From assembly GCA_013265495.1 (NCBI GenBank), contig MU057700.1, forward strand, positions 496,001 to 560,000: a DNA stretch of 64,000 nucleotides. The letters are read 5' to 3'. A program made the position numbers and the translations under genes. How positions within the stretch are numbered: the stretch's first letter is position 1; the number at the start of each line of letters is the position of its first letter. The stretch is from Vicugna vicugna (taxonomy: Eukaryota). Below the pieces are notes generated by a model. It was not told the origin of the DNA. It saw nothing but the letters and a program-made list of their open reading frames with translations, and made no database searches. Of the stretch, positions 14,001-25,489 are shown one piece after another.

Positions 14001-15199
14001 GCAGAGGAAGGGCAGAGCCCAGGGAGGTCCTGGGAGGGCGCCCCGCGGGGAGCTCAGTGGGCCCCAGGGTGCCTTGACCAATCATGACTGCTGTCAGCTC
14101 TGCGAGGGTGGGGCCCCTCATTTTCCAGAATCCCTCTTGGCATTCTCTCTGCCCTTGCGACAACGTTTCCAACCTTTAGGAGCCAGCCTGAGGTGAACAA
14201 GCTGCACTGAAGCTCCTTAAAATGCTTCCCTCACTGCCCCTCTGGGCCGCCTGTCTCTACCAGCAGGGCCCCCTCAGCTACCCCAACCTCAGCTTCTCTC
14301 TTCAGAAATCTGAGGACCTGAACCTCCCCTGACCCCTGGTGCTGAGGTCTGAACACCCTCTTAAAGCTGCCTGACTTTAAGGAAGGCCCCAAAGGTTGAC
14401 TGACAAAGCTTGGGGACCCAGACTCTGAGCTGAAATGGCACCGCTTCCGACAAGCTGTAGATACACGTAGAGCCTGGGGTCCAGGCGGTCCCTGCCCAGC
14501 TCACACCCATTTGCCCTCATGAGTGCAGGTCACTAAGGGCAGAGCACCCAGCCCACAGCCCAGTGAAGCACCCCCTTCCCAGTGGGGTGTGATACCCACA
14601 TGTAAATGTTCTCTCACCAAGGCTTATGCCTCTGGGAAGCAGTCCTCTCCAGAGGCTGTCTGAGCCTGAGGACAGCACCTCATCCAGCCGGACCCATGGC
14701 TGGCACTGACCCTCAGCCCTTGGATGGGCCACACAGGGGCAGTGTTTTGGTGGCTCCTCAGATCTGACCTTGCCTCTCCACGTCAGGGGGAGCCAGGAGT
14801 GGAAGGGGGTGGGGAAAGGATGCTGTGAAAACCTCAGGTACCCACTGAATCCTCTGGTTTTCCCAGAATGTCTCCAAGCAGATTGATGTACCCCGACCAT
14901 TCAGGCCTGCAAAGTGGGAACAGTGGGGCCTGCAGGGGCAGCTTATCTCAGAGGACTTGCCCAGTGCAGCTCCCTGCGAGGCTGTCGTAAGGCCAAGGGC
15001 CTCCCAGCGTCTGGCCCTTACCGTCTGTGTAATCCTGGGAGGGTCAGGACACCTTGAAGCTTGGTTTTCTCCTCTGCAAGGCGGAGTTGGGAGTGCTTAG
15101 GGTTGTTGGGAGACTGAGCAGGAAGAGGTCCTCAAGTGCCCCAGTGATGTGGGGGGCAGAGGTAGGGGTAGGGGCCCAGCCTCTGGGTGTGGGGCCAGC

Positions 15200-15610
15200 A
15201 CGAGCCTGCAGAACCCCAGGCCGAGAGCAGGCCGAGAGCACCCGCCCGGTGCTCCTGAGTCGATACCCCGGACTCCAGGAAAAGGGAGGGTCAGCAAAAC
15301 CGGGCAGCGCGGCCCGCGCTGAGAGGCAGCGGAAACGTCCCGGGAGGTAAGCGCCAGGCCATAAACGTAAAAAGGAGTCCGGCAAGACAAACTAATGGCC
15401 CTTCCGTGGGAGAGGCAGACAGCTGGGATTCACGGGCGGGCTTCCAGATCAATACTTGTGCGCTGATTTGCTGAAGAGGCTTTTATGAAGTTTAAGCAGA
15501 GTTCATTGTTAAATACTCTTATGTACAAAGGATGTGGGCGGCCGTATTAATTCCTTTTCTCTTACAGATCAATAATTACATTGCTGATTTGCTTAAAAGG
15601 CTCAGGTCGA
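15200..15610. promoter_or_regulatory. Putative enhancer or promoter-like element (CpG-rich patch plus AT-rich motif block)
   Basis: Local CpG enrichment at 15,200-15,440, then a non-repeat AT-rich block with CCATAAA, TTTTATGA, two ATCAAT and two GCTGATTTGC. Function is inferred only. Confidence 0.45.
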
Positions 15611-16130
15611 GGCAGGGGTGAGGGAAGCAGGCCTCACTGCTCCAGGGAGCGTGGCTGCAAGTCCAGGAAGACCACACCGTGGTAGATGGAAATCACCAGG
15701 ATCTGGAAGGGACTGGGTGACAAAGGGACATGTGGCAAGTTGGCAACCAGTTCAGGGTGCCTGAGCGTCCCTCCTTCCTCAAGAAGATAGGACGATATGG
15801 CCGTAGGTTTTTCTCAGCTTTGACTGCTAGCCTTGATGTTCACTCTTCAATGTCACAAAGCCAGTGGAGCACGACTGATGTCTTCTGAAGATCGCCCTGT
15901 TCGCTGCTGACTACTAGTAATCCTGGTCTTGTCTAGCAAGGTGCTGCCGTGCCCGGGAGCTGGGGTGGTCTATACAACAGCCCTCTGGCGTGGGAGGTAG
16001 GCATGCTTGGGGCTGCTCTTTCCTGGCCCTGGAATAGGGTCCTGGGCTGAGTCCACTTGAACAGCCTGGAGGAGGCTCAGCTAGGGGAGTCACCTAATTT
16101 TAGCCATGTTCATAAATCATAATGCACATA

Positions 16131-16208
16131 GAAAGAAAGAAAGAAAGGAAGGAAGAAAGAAGAAAGAAAAGAAGGAAAAAGAAAAGAAAAGAAAAGAAAA
16201 GAAAAGAA
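16131..16208. repeat. (GAAA)n/(GAAAA)n purine tract
   Basis: Read directly from the sequence. Confidence 0.95.
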
Positions 16209-17089
16209 GCAGTGTGTAAGAGCCATTAGTTAACTTCTCTTGCCTAGATGGTCAAGAGGTTTCCTTGTCCAGATGGGACTTTTACTGTATGTTGATAGCT
16301 GTGTAAGGGAGCTATGTGTGAACTAAGTGAAGAGTGGGGTGAAGAGTATCTATAATTGATTAATAATGTCTGCCTTGGGCATGGCAGGGGCAGTGGTGGC
16401 ACATATGTTGTATATTTTTAGCTTCACATGAACCACAGAATCTGTTTGGCACCAAGATTATCATATGGCTTGTGATCTGGTTTGTACAATCTCTTGAAAA
16501 GAGTTGTATTCTGGTTGAGGGGGCTTCTAGGGTCCTGCCTGACCCTGCACATGTACACAGGTGCACAGATGCTGCCGAGAGATCATTATGAATTCTATTT
16601 CATCTAATAGCCTGGTCAGGAAATAGAAAGGTATATTACAGATCATTAAGTGGGTAAAGGAATTTGACAACCTTTGATCTGAGTCGGGAAAATAGATGGT
16701 ATGAATTAATTTGCCAGCTTGCAAAGAGAAGAAAAGTCATTCCTCAGTAGTGACAGGCAGGGAGTTCAAGGGGACTGGTTCCAGGGAAAGTATGTAGCAG
16801 CTCTCCTGGGAGCGCAGGGCCTGGATGCGTGGGGGCCAGCAGGTGACTGAGAGCCGCAGCTTCCAGGCTGCCCTCCCCCTGCTCCAGTCCAAGACACTGA
16901 CACATCCCTCACATCACCACGATCAGGGCACTGGCTCCCAGAGAATGTCCACTAAGGCAGGGACAACCCTCAGGGACAATACATGCGTTAGGTACCCTCA
17001 CGTGCCAGGCCTGTGCATGGTACCCAGGTCCCATCACAGTCTGCCACGGTCCCTAGGACTGACCCTGGGTGGGGGTCCCAGACCCCATA

Positions 17090-17468
17090 GCCCATCTTCT
17101 AGCAGATCCCCTGGCCTGTACCTTCCAAACAGACCAGAATCTGACCTCTGCTCACCTCCCTGCCTATCCTACCCGAGCTACGGTCTCTTACTCAATTCCT
17201 GCACTAGCCTTTACCTGTTCTTCTGGACCCACCTGTCCTACAGCCTGTCCTCTCTCAGAGGCCACAGTCATCCTTCTGAGGCATGAGGCACGTCAGATCC
17301 CCGGCAGTGGCCGCCCTCCTCCCGCAGCAACTTCTTTGACCTTGCCTCAGGGACGCCTGTCCTCAATGAGCACTGCAGCCCTTTGGGCAGTGTTCTTGTT
17401 TTTGTCACTACTGTGTGAGGCCCCAAGACACATAGTGGGCCCTCAATCAATGTCTGTTAAATGAATGA
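17090..17468 (+). mobile_element. L2 LINE 3' fragment
   Basis: Ends acacatagtgggccctcaatcaatgtctgttaaatgaatga, the L2 3' terminus; upstream ccagaatctgacc..ctcacctcc is L2-like. Confidence 0.75.
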
Positions 17469-18114
17469 GAAAGAAGCCTGAGCAGGCTTGGCAGGCGCTG
17501 TGGGTGGCACGAACCCCTCAGACTGCCGGGGGGCCACGCTCAGAGCCCTGCACCCCACAGTCTCTGCCCTGTAGAAGCCCCCATGCAGATGAGGAACAGC
17601 CACGGGAGCGGGAACTTCTGTGGAGGATGGCATGTGCTGGGACATGGACCCAGGGGAAGCGGTGCCCCAGCGGAGTCCCTCCCAGAAGGATGGGGAGGTG
17701 TTTTCTGGGCAGGACATGGGGAAGGCCTTCCACCCCGACAGAGCAGCAGGTACCCAGGCTGGGAGGCATGACGTGTCCAGGCCTGAACAGGACCTGTAGG
17801 GGGTGCAGCATGGCCAGGAGAGGGCTGGCAGACGGGGGCCTGAAGCAGGTAGGGGCTAGTCACAGGGGTGTCAGCATAGCATCATGGAGCCCCAACATCT
17901 CCTGAACTGCAGTGAAGAGTTTTAACTGGGAGAGTGAGAACTTTCTGCATTTAGAGATTTAAGCTGGTGGTGGGCCGGACAGATTGGAGGGAGGATAAAA
18001 TGCAGGCAGAAGAATGAAGGGGAAATGCCAGGACCAGGCAGGAAGGGGGAAACCCAGTCAGTCAAAGAGAAGTGGAAGTTGTGGGGCATGGGACCAATTT
18101 TCTGGAGGGTTCAC

Positions 18115-18235
18115 AGCTTCTCCACTCACCAGCTGGGTGGATTGGGGCATGTTCCTTTATCTTTCCCATCCTCGATGTCCTCACCTGTAAAATGGGCTAA
18201 CAATAAGAATCTCTCAAGGGCAGACTGAGGTTAGA
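18115..18235 (+). mobile_element. MIR SINE fragment
   Basis: ccactcaccagctgggtgga..tggggcatgtt ... cctcacctgtaaaatgggctaacaataa. Confidence 0.6.
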
Positions 18236-19016
18236 CAGGGTAGGTGTGCAGAGTACAGAGCCCATACCTCCTGCAGGTTGAGCCTCGGTCCCAGGCTGCC
18301 CTGGACCCTAGAAGGAGCAGAGGGCACACAGCGACCCTGAGCCTCCACTTCCTCTCAGCCTGCCTGCTGATAGCTCAGCGAGGGCAGACCCTTGATGGCT
18401 AATGAGAACTTCCTTAAAGAACACCCTGCGCTCAGTTGAAACACGTCCTTAGTATGCAAGGACACTGGCTCCATTAGCTTTGAGTACACCGTCATATTGC
18501 TGGAGTGATTGTTCCTCAAACAGAATTACTTCCTACAATTTCTTCTACAGTGACAGGACCGGGGATATAGGCGAGAGATGCCAGGGGGGCCAGAGCCTGA
18601 ACAAATCAGGGACCTGGTTCTCTGGAGATGAGTCTGACCCTGGGGTCCACATGGCACAGACGTTAGTGGGAACTGTTGGGATCCTCAACTGTGTCACCCC
18701 TGTTACTCCCCCAGCCCCAAATCAAAGAAACTGGAGCTCCAGCCAGGAGAGGTGGGGTGGGGCAGGCTGAGCCAGGACACTGCTGACAGAGGGAGGGAGG
18801 AAATGGCAGGTTGGCACAAGAAACCAGAAAAAGAAGGATTTTACTTAAGGTACATTCTGCTCTGAGCAGAGCCACGTCTCCAGTGGCCTCTTGGGCCTGT
18901 GCACCCTGCTCTCTGTGACACCCTGACTGCACTGCCCCAAACAGATTAAGCAGCTCAACATTAATGGGGTTAATAGTAATCAGACCAAACACTGTCCCAA
19001 AGACCCAGAGGCGTCC

Positions 19017-19362
19017 CTCATTTAATCCTCACAACGACACTACAGCTGCCCCCATTTTATTTCATTTTTTTTAATTAATAAATTAAAAAAACTGAAGTAG
19101 AGTTGATTTACAATGTTGTGTTAGCTTCTGGTGTACAGCATAGTGGTTCAGTTATACACATATATATATTCTTTTTCATTATAGTCTATCACAAGATACT
19201 GAATATGGTTCCCTGTGCTATAGTAGGACCTTGTTGTTTATCTATTTTATAGATAGTAGTTAGTATCTGCAAATCCTGAACTCCCAACTTATCATCCCCT
19301 CCCCTTCCCCTACTGGTAACCATGCCCCCATTTCACAGATGAGGATACAGAGGCACAGGAGG
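19017..19362 (-). mobile_element. MIR SINE split by an L1 tail insertion
   Basis: ctcatttaatcctcacaac on the left and cccatttcacagatgagga on the right of the L1 insert. Confidence 0.7.
19058..19322 (-). mobile_element. Short L1 3' tail with 11-bp TSD
   Basis: L1 3' UTR similar to the 3.7-kb copy, flanked by the direct repeat tgcccccattt (19,047-19,057 and 19,323-19,333). Confidence 0.92.
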
Positions 19363-19364
19363 CC

Positions 19365-20097
19365 ATTTAGTCTGCATATCTGGAGCACTGAGCACCTTCA
19401 AGGCCCTGCTCTGGGCATCACGGTGAATGAGATGAAGAGTCAAACAGCTGACATGTCAGGGTGTAAGGGGGGACTTGCCATCGGTGTGTTAACAAATACA
19501 CGAGCCAGCTTAGCTCAGGCAGTGGTGAGAAGGTGGAGAGGGGCACTCCAGGGAGGGGCTCTGGTTGGGCTGGAGAGAAAGCCCCCAGGGGGATGTCTGA
19601 GTGTAGCGAAGGAGGTGGCCTGCAGAGATATAGGATAAAGTTTCAAACAGAAGGCACAGCCAAGCAAAGATGCAGAGAGTGGACGAACATGGTCAGGTTG
19701 ACAAGGGCAACGGTGGCTGGAGCATCTGATGCAGGTGCAGAGGTGGGAGGGGCGATGAAGTTGGAAGGTGAGCAAGGGCTGGTAGAGGCTTGTGTAGGAG
19801 TGAGGAGGGTGAGTTTGTCTTAGCTCCACTGGCAGTTACTGATGGGAGTAAGCCCAGAAGCAATGGGACCCAACAAGCGCTTGGGAAGATTCTGATGCAA
19901 AGTTGGCTTGGACCAGGGTGGCAGCTGAGGTGACAGGGCAGAGAGTCCAAGTGAGAGAGGGGTCCAAGTGAGGTGTGTCCAGGTGAGAGTGGGTATGCTC
20001 AGGGATTCTGGGGGTAGGCAACAGAGCTTCCTTGGATTGGATGTGGGGAGCGAGGGTACAGTGGTGAGGGGACTCAAAAGGATTTTGACCCGAATAG
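19365..20097 (-). mobile_element. L2 LINE, decayed (continues at about 21,490-21,720 beyond the L1 insert)
   Basis: Purine-rich antisense L2 blocks: ggattggatgtggggagcgaggg, gactcaaaaggattttgacc, and after the insert tctccagtggaagagagtggggacctgagga. Confidence 0.6.
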
Positions 20098-21487
20098 CAA
20101 GAATGGATAAGTTCACAAAGGAAGCAAGAACATACAATGGAATAAAGAGTCTCTTCAGCAGGTGGTGTTGGGAAAACTGGGCAGCAGTATGTAAATCAAT
20201 GACGCTAGAACACTCCCTTAAGCCATACACAAAAATAAACTCAAAAATGGATCAAAGACTTAAACATAAGACAAGATACAATAAACCTCTTAGAAGAAAA
20301 TATCGGCAAAACACACATACATCAATGTTCTCCTAGGACAGTCTACCCAAGCAATAGAAATAAAAGCAAGAATAAACAAATGGGACTTAATTAAACTTAA
20401 CAAGCTTTTGCACAGCAAAGGAAACCATAAACAAAACAAAAAGACAACCTATGGAATGGGAGAAGGGTTTAATCTCCAGAATATTATGAACAGCTCATAC
20501 CACTTAATAAGAAAAAAACAAACAGCCCAATCCAAAATAGGCAGAAAACCTAAACAAGCAACTCTCCAGTGGACATACAAATGACCAACAGGCACATGAA
20601 AAAATGTTCAATAGCGCTAATTATCAGAGAAATGCAAAGGAAAACTACAGTGAAGTATTGCCTCACACCAGTCAGAATGGCCATGATTCAAAAGTCCATG
20701 AATGATAAATGCTGGAGAAGGTGTGGAGAAAAGGGAACCCTCCTACACTGCTGGTGGCACTATAGCGTGGTGTAGCCGTTATGGAAAACAGCACTGAGAT
20801 TCCTCAAAAGATGAAAAATAGACTTACCATATGATCCAGCAATCCCACTCCTGGGCATATATCCAGAGGGAACCTTAATTCAAAAAGATACACGCACTCC
20901 AATGTTCAAAGCAGCAGTATTTACAATAGCCAAGGCATGGAAGCAACCTAAATGTCCATTGACAGATGACTGGATAAAGAAGCTGTGGTATATTTATACA
21001 ATGGAATACTACTCAGCCATAAACAAGAATAAAATAATGCCATTTGCAGCAACATACATGGACCTGGAAAATGTCACTCTAAGTAAAGTAAGCCAGAAAG
21101 AGAAAGAAAAATACTATATGATATCACTTATATGTGGACTCTAAAAAAAAAAGCCAAGCAAACTTATTTACAAAACAGAAACAGACTCACAGACATAGAA
21201 AACAAACTTACGGTTACTGAGGGTGGGGGAAAAGGGGTGGGAAGGGTTAAATTGGGAGTTCGAGATTTGCAGATACTAACTACTATATATAAAATAGATA
21301 GGCAACAAGTTTATAGTGTATAGCACAGGGAACTATAGTCAATACCTTGTAACTTAAGATGCAAAAGACTATGAAAATGAATATACATATATTCATGTAT
21401 GACTGAAGCATTGTGCTGTACACCAGAAATTGACACAACATTGTAAACTGACTATACTTCAATAGAATGAAAAAAAGGAAAAAAAAA
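20098..21487 (+). mobile_element. 5'-truncated lineage-specific L1 (about 1.4 kb) with 10-bp TSD
   Basis: ORF2 C-terminal remnants ([40 protein letters not shown]), 3' UTR and poly-A. TSD acccgaatag at 20,088-20,097 and 21,488-21,497. Confidence 0.96.
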
Positions 21488-21954
21488 ACCCGAATAGGCC
21501 AGTTCAGGGAGGAGATCTGGGGTGGATCTTCTGTGTGGGGTACAAGATGCTGTAAGGGTTAAAGGATGCAAAGTGTGCAGCTGGCATGTGAGTCTCCAGT
21601 GGAAGAGAGTGGGGACCTGAGGAGAGGTGAGGCCTGGGGCAGGAGTTTGAGTAGCCAGAACAAGGTGGCATGGAGTCAAGGGGCTGAATGATGCCACAGC
21701 AGGGCAGGGGGACAGGGATGGAACTGGACTGCTGACCTCTGCAACAGAGGGAGAGGAAGGCAAAGTCTGCAGCAAATTCAAGCCCTGGGTCACCCGTTGG
21801 GCTTCCCCGGGACTCTGCCAATTCACACAGCTCTGCACAGCTCTCCCCTGTGCCCACCCCAGCCTTCCCCTGCCTTGAGTCTGGACCCTAGAGGCCCCAG
21901 AATGCTGTCACCGTGCCTCCCCTAACTCATACCAGGGCGGGGCCCTGTGCCTGC

Positions 21955-22058
21955 CTGTCAGAACAAACAAAGCTAGACTTGATCTTATTTGTCTCTGTAC
22001 CCCCATAGCACTTAGCAAATAGTAGACACTCTGAATGCTTGTTCCATTAAATTGAATC
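21955..22058 (+). mobile_element. L2 3' terminal fragment
   Basis: tcttatttgtctctgtacccc..tagcacttagcaaatagtagacactctgaatgcttgtt. Confidence 0.6.
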
Positions 22059-23523
22059 AACTAGAGCATTTTCTTATCTCATTCGTGCTCAGAAGTGGGC
22101 TTGACTCCACTTGCATCTGGACCCATCATTCAGCGTGCTCTCCTCTGTGGGGCCCAGCGCTCGCCTGCCAGATTAGCATCGCGGTCAATATCTGTTTTAT
22201 TGTCCTTCCACACCAGTGCGGCGGAGTGTGATCGATCGCCCTACTGGCAGCTGATAAGGCATGCTCTCGGCCTGGTCAGACAAGCTTTCAGGCGCCGGAG
22301 CTGAGGACCTGGGCCTCCTTGCTTCCCCACCTCCCCAACTCTAGAAAGTTCTGTCCTCTCCCAGCCTGCCCTCTGATCTGGGATGACTCAGAAGGGAGTG
22401 GAGGGGAACATACATGAGCACCTATGGTGAGCAACACAGGGTGGGGACAAAGCGGTCCTGGGCATCTGACCTGGGGGCTGGTCTGGGAATGAGGAGGCTC
22501 TCATCATAGTGGAGGATGCTGGGGTGCCTGATGCCCATAGGACACCAGTCCTGGCTTCCTGAGTGAGAGCCACTTGCTCTCACATGTCACCCATTACAGT
22601 TGGGCCACACACCAGAGCTTACAATCCAGAGGTCCCCCCTCTGGCACGGGCGGCATCCTCCCTGTGTGCAAAGTCGGTACCTCACCATTCTCAGGGCAGC
22701 CCTTTGGAGTGGGTTGCCTGGCCTGGACCCGTCAGAAGAGAGTCCCCTGCCCTGGCAGGCTGGGAGCGGTGTGGGGCACAGCATGAACTCAGGGTGCCTG
22801 GAATAGTGGCATGTCTGCTTCCCTCTCCGCTGTGGCTCAAGGTACTGAGGACCAGCCATCGGTTCGCAGCCCCAGGAGCGACAGGCACCGTTCACAACAC
22901 TGTTGTGTGAAGACACAGGGCTGCTTCCTGTCTCACGTTTTCCATTTCACCTATGCACTTTTTGCTTCCTCTTCATCCTCCTGGATCCTGGTTGGATCCT
23001 CGTAGTGTTCAAGCCCAGACCTCCAACGGTTTGTGTCCTGCTCTGTCTTGGAGCCCCCCACTTTGCCATGTGCAGACTGCAGGAGAGCTGAGGACAAGGA
23101 CCTTAGAGTCTGACTGGCAGAGGGGCCCCTGTTCGCCCCAATCCTCAAAGCACATACCAGCAAAGGCACAGGACTCGATTTTGGGTCTTGGTCAATCATT
23201 AGATTGACTCTGAAAGATACATTTATTCCCATTTCACAGATGAGGAATTAAGGTTCAGAACCTTCTGGTCCCTTCCCACAAGGCCTCTCCTCCTTTGCTC
23301 CCACAAGGGGCTTTCCTCTTCCGTGTGGACCTTCCCCCACGGTTAGACACAGAGGGTCTCCTGCTCTACAGCATCTGAAGAAGACCTGCAGTATGTTGGT
23401 TTTCCATGTCTGTGCCTTGGGTGTCCCAGCCGCCATACAGCAACTGAAGCCAGATGCTGGTGCCAGAGTCCCTTAACTTGGCCGCGGCCATCCTTGTGTG
23501 GGAGGGGCAGCTCACAATGCCAA

Positions 23524-24130
23524 TGAGACTGGAGGGAAGGGAGCAGGGCACAGTCATCAAAAGAATGACACAGCGACTAGCACCAGGATGGTGGAAAATT
23601 CAGCTCCCAGTAGACCTTGAGCTTCAATGTATGCTCCTTGTAATACAATAGCTGCTAAATGGCCCTCCCACAGCTGCCAGGACAGTTTCAAGGCTGACCA
23701 TTAAAGGTCAAAGGGTGGATGAAGGCCCAGTTCCTGGGAATCCCTCCCCCTTCCCTAAAGTAGCTGGAATAATCCTCCCACCTGTTAGCACATGAAGCTA
23801 CCCAGCCCATAAAACTAGCGACACTGTACCTCGCAGCCGCTCTCCCTTCTAAGTGAGATGGACCACACTCTGTCTACGGAGTGTAACTGCTTTTACTTTA
23901 AACTGAGCACCTAACCCCCACACCTCGTGGCCTTTCTCTTGCCTTCTGAAACAGCCTGCACTCTGTCTATGGAGTGTGCCTCTCTCTGAATAAGTCTACC
24001 TTTGCTCAACTGTAGCTCGCTCTTGAATTCTTTCCTGTGTGAAGCCAAGGATTTGGCGGGGCAGGTCGCAGGGACTCAGTCAAGACCTGGGACACAGCCG
24101 TCCTCTCGCCCCACATTTTTTCCTGTGTCA
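23524..24130 (+). mobile_element. ERV1-class solo LTR, MER41-like
   Basis: TG...CA termini (tgagactgg...cctgtgtca), TATA-like cccataaaa, degenerate poly-A signal gaataag, then ctcgctcttgaattctttcctgtgtgaagccaagga as in MER41-family U5. Internal repeat cactctgtcta(c/t)ggagtgt occurs twice. Confidence 0.7.
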
Positions 24131-24479
24131 CCTGTCACGGAGCTGCCATTGCCCCTCTGCCTATATACACAGCTTGGAGGCAGGGAGGCTCCCCTAGCTT
24201 GTTCCAAGGTGAGCTGGTGCTGGTCTCATCCTCTGCTCCGGGCTGGACTGTGCAGCGTTAGCCAAGGCACCTAGAGAGACTCTGACTGGTCTCCCAGCCA
24301 GGGGCATGGACCCTCCAAGCCAAAGGGGATGGAAGCAAAGATGCAAGAAGGAATTTCTGAGTAGAAAGACCCCCCTAGGAGCTCTTGGAGGAGCCTGGCT
24401 TTTTCACCTCCTGGGTCTGTCCTGGTCAGAAGCCCCTCTTCCCACTCCCTGTCCCCACTGCCACCACTGCTGCTTCTCA

Positions 24480-24740
24480 CGCTGAAACAATCACGTCCAT
24501 TAGTTGTCATGGCAACCAAGACAGGGCGCAGTCATTTTCTAGAGGGCCCTGTGCAAATTATGGCATTACACCAACTTATTGCCAATCTTTTTAATTAAAA
24601 CATTTTGCTTTCAACTCTGCTAATGGCAGAGATCAGTAAACAGGAGAGATTGAATTACTGATATTGAAGCTTCCACATCTCTTAAAAGGCTTAATTACTG
24701 GTGAAACCGCAGTGAGGCCGGAGAGGGATTGCTAACAAGC
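24480..24740. promoter_or_regulatory. Putative developmental (neural-type) enhancer
   Basis: AT-rich non-repeat island with X-box GTTGTCATGGCAAC, SOX AACAAT, NFI-like TGGC-N5-ACCAA, FOX GTAAACA and several TAATTA. Confidence 0.5.
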
Positions 24741-25489
24741 AGGTGGGCCTAACCCATGAAGGCCAGCCCCTGGGAAGGTAACTAAACAAAGCTCAGAGCA
24801 CTAAAAAGATATACATTAAAAAAAAATTTTTTTTAAAACTCTAAAAGGAACTAAAGGGCTGCTGGAGTTATGGTTACAGTTCAGTTTCCAGGAACTATGA
24901 TGTCACGTTGCTGGCTGCTCAATTTCTGTTTAATTAAATTGCCTGGTCTGACACCTGGAGACAGAACCCTGTGTCCATGCGTCCATGGTGTGTGGCTGAC
25001 TGATAAGGGGACCACAGATCCCACTGGCCACTTGCACCAAAGGCCCCTCCCAGCCCTCCTCTGGCAGTTAACCATCCTTCTAACAAAAGCCCCCCGGGAG
25101 CACTTCCCCTCCCGGCAGGGCCTATCCTGTGGCTCAGCAGGAAATGCCCTCCGATGGGCCTCATTTAGTGAAGGGAGAACAAAGCCCCCAGAAAGAAGGG
25201 TCACACCAAGGCTCCTTCTGTGTATAAGGAATTGTGCTGATTGCAGTTATCTCCTTCATCTCCTCCAGGGTCTATAATGCCCAGGTAGGTATTTTTAAAT
25301 GGAAAATTTCTGTTGATTAAAACTGCTTCGTGTGTGTGGTGTGTGAAGATTGTGGATGCGTGTGAGGTGTGTACTTGCACGATGGACCTGTAGCGCAAAC
25401 ACAAGCACAGGTACCGCTCGACTCTTTTTTCCTGAGGGTTCAGGACCAGTTAAGTGCCCTATAACAGAGCAGAACTTGGTTCCAATGAG

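Noticed and set aside
16560..16800. Possible CR1/L3 LINE remnant
   Set aside because: Only a faint resemblance that I cannot support without an alignment.
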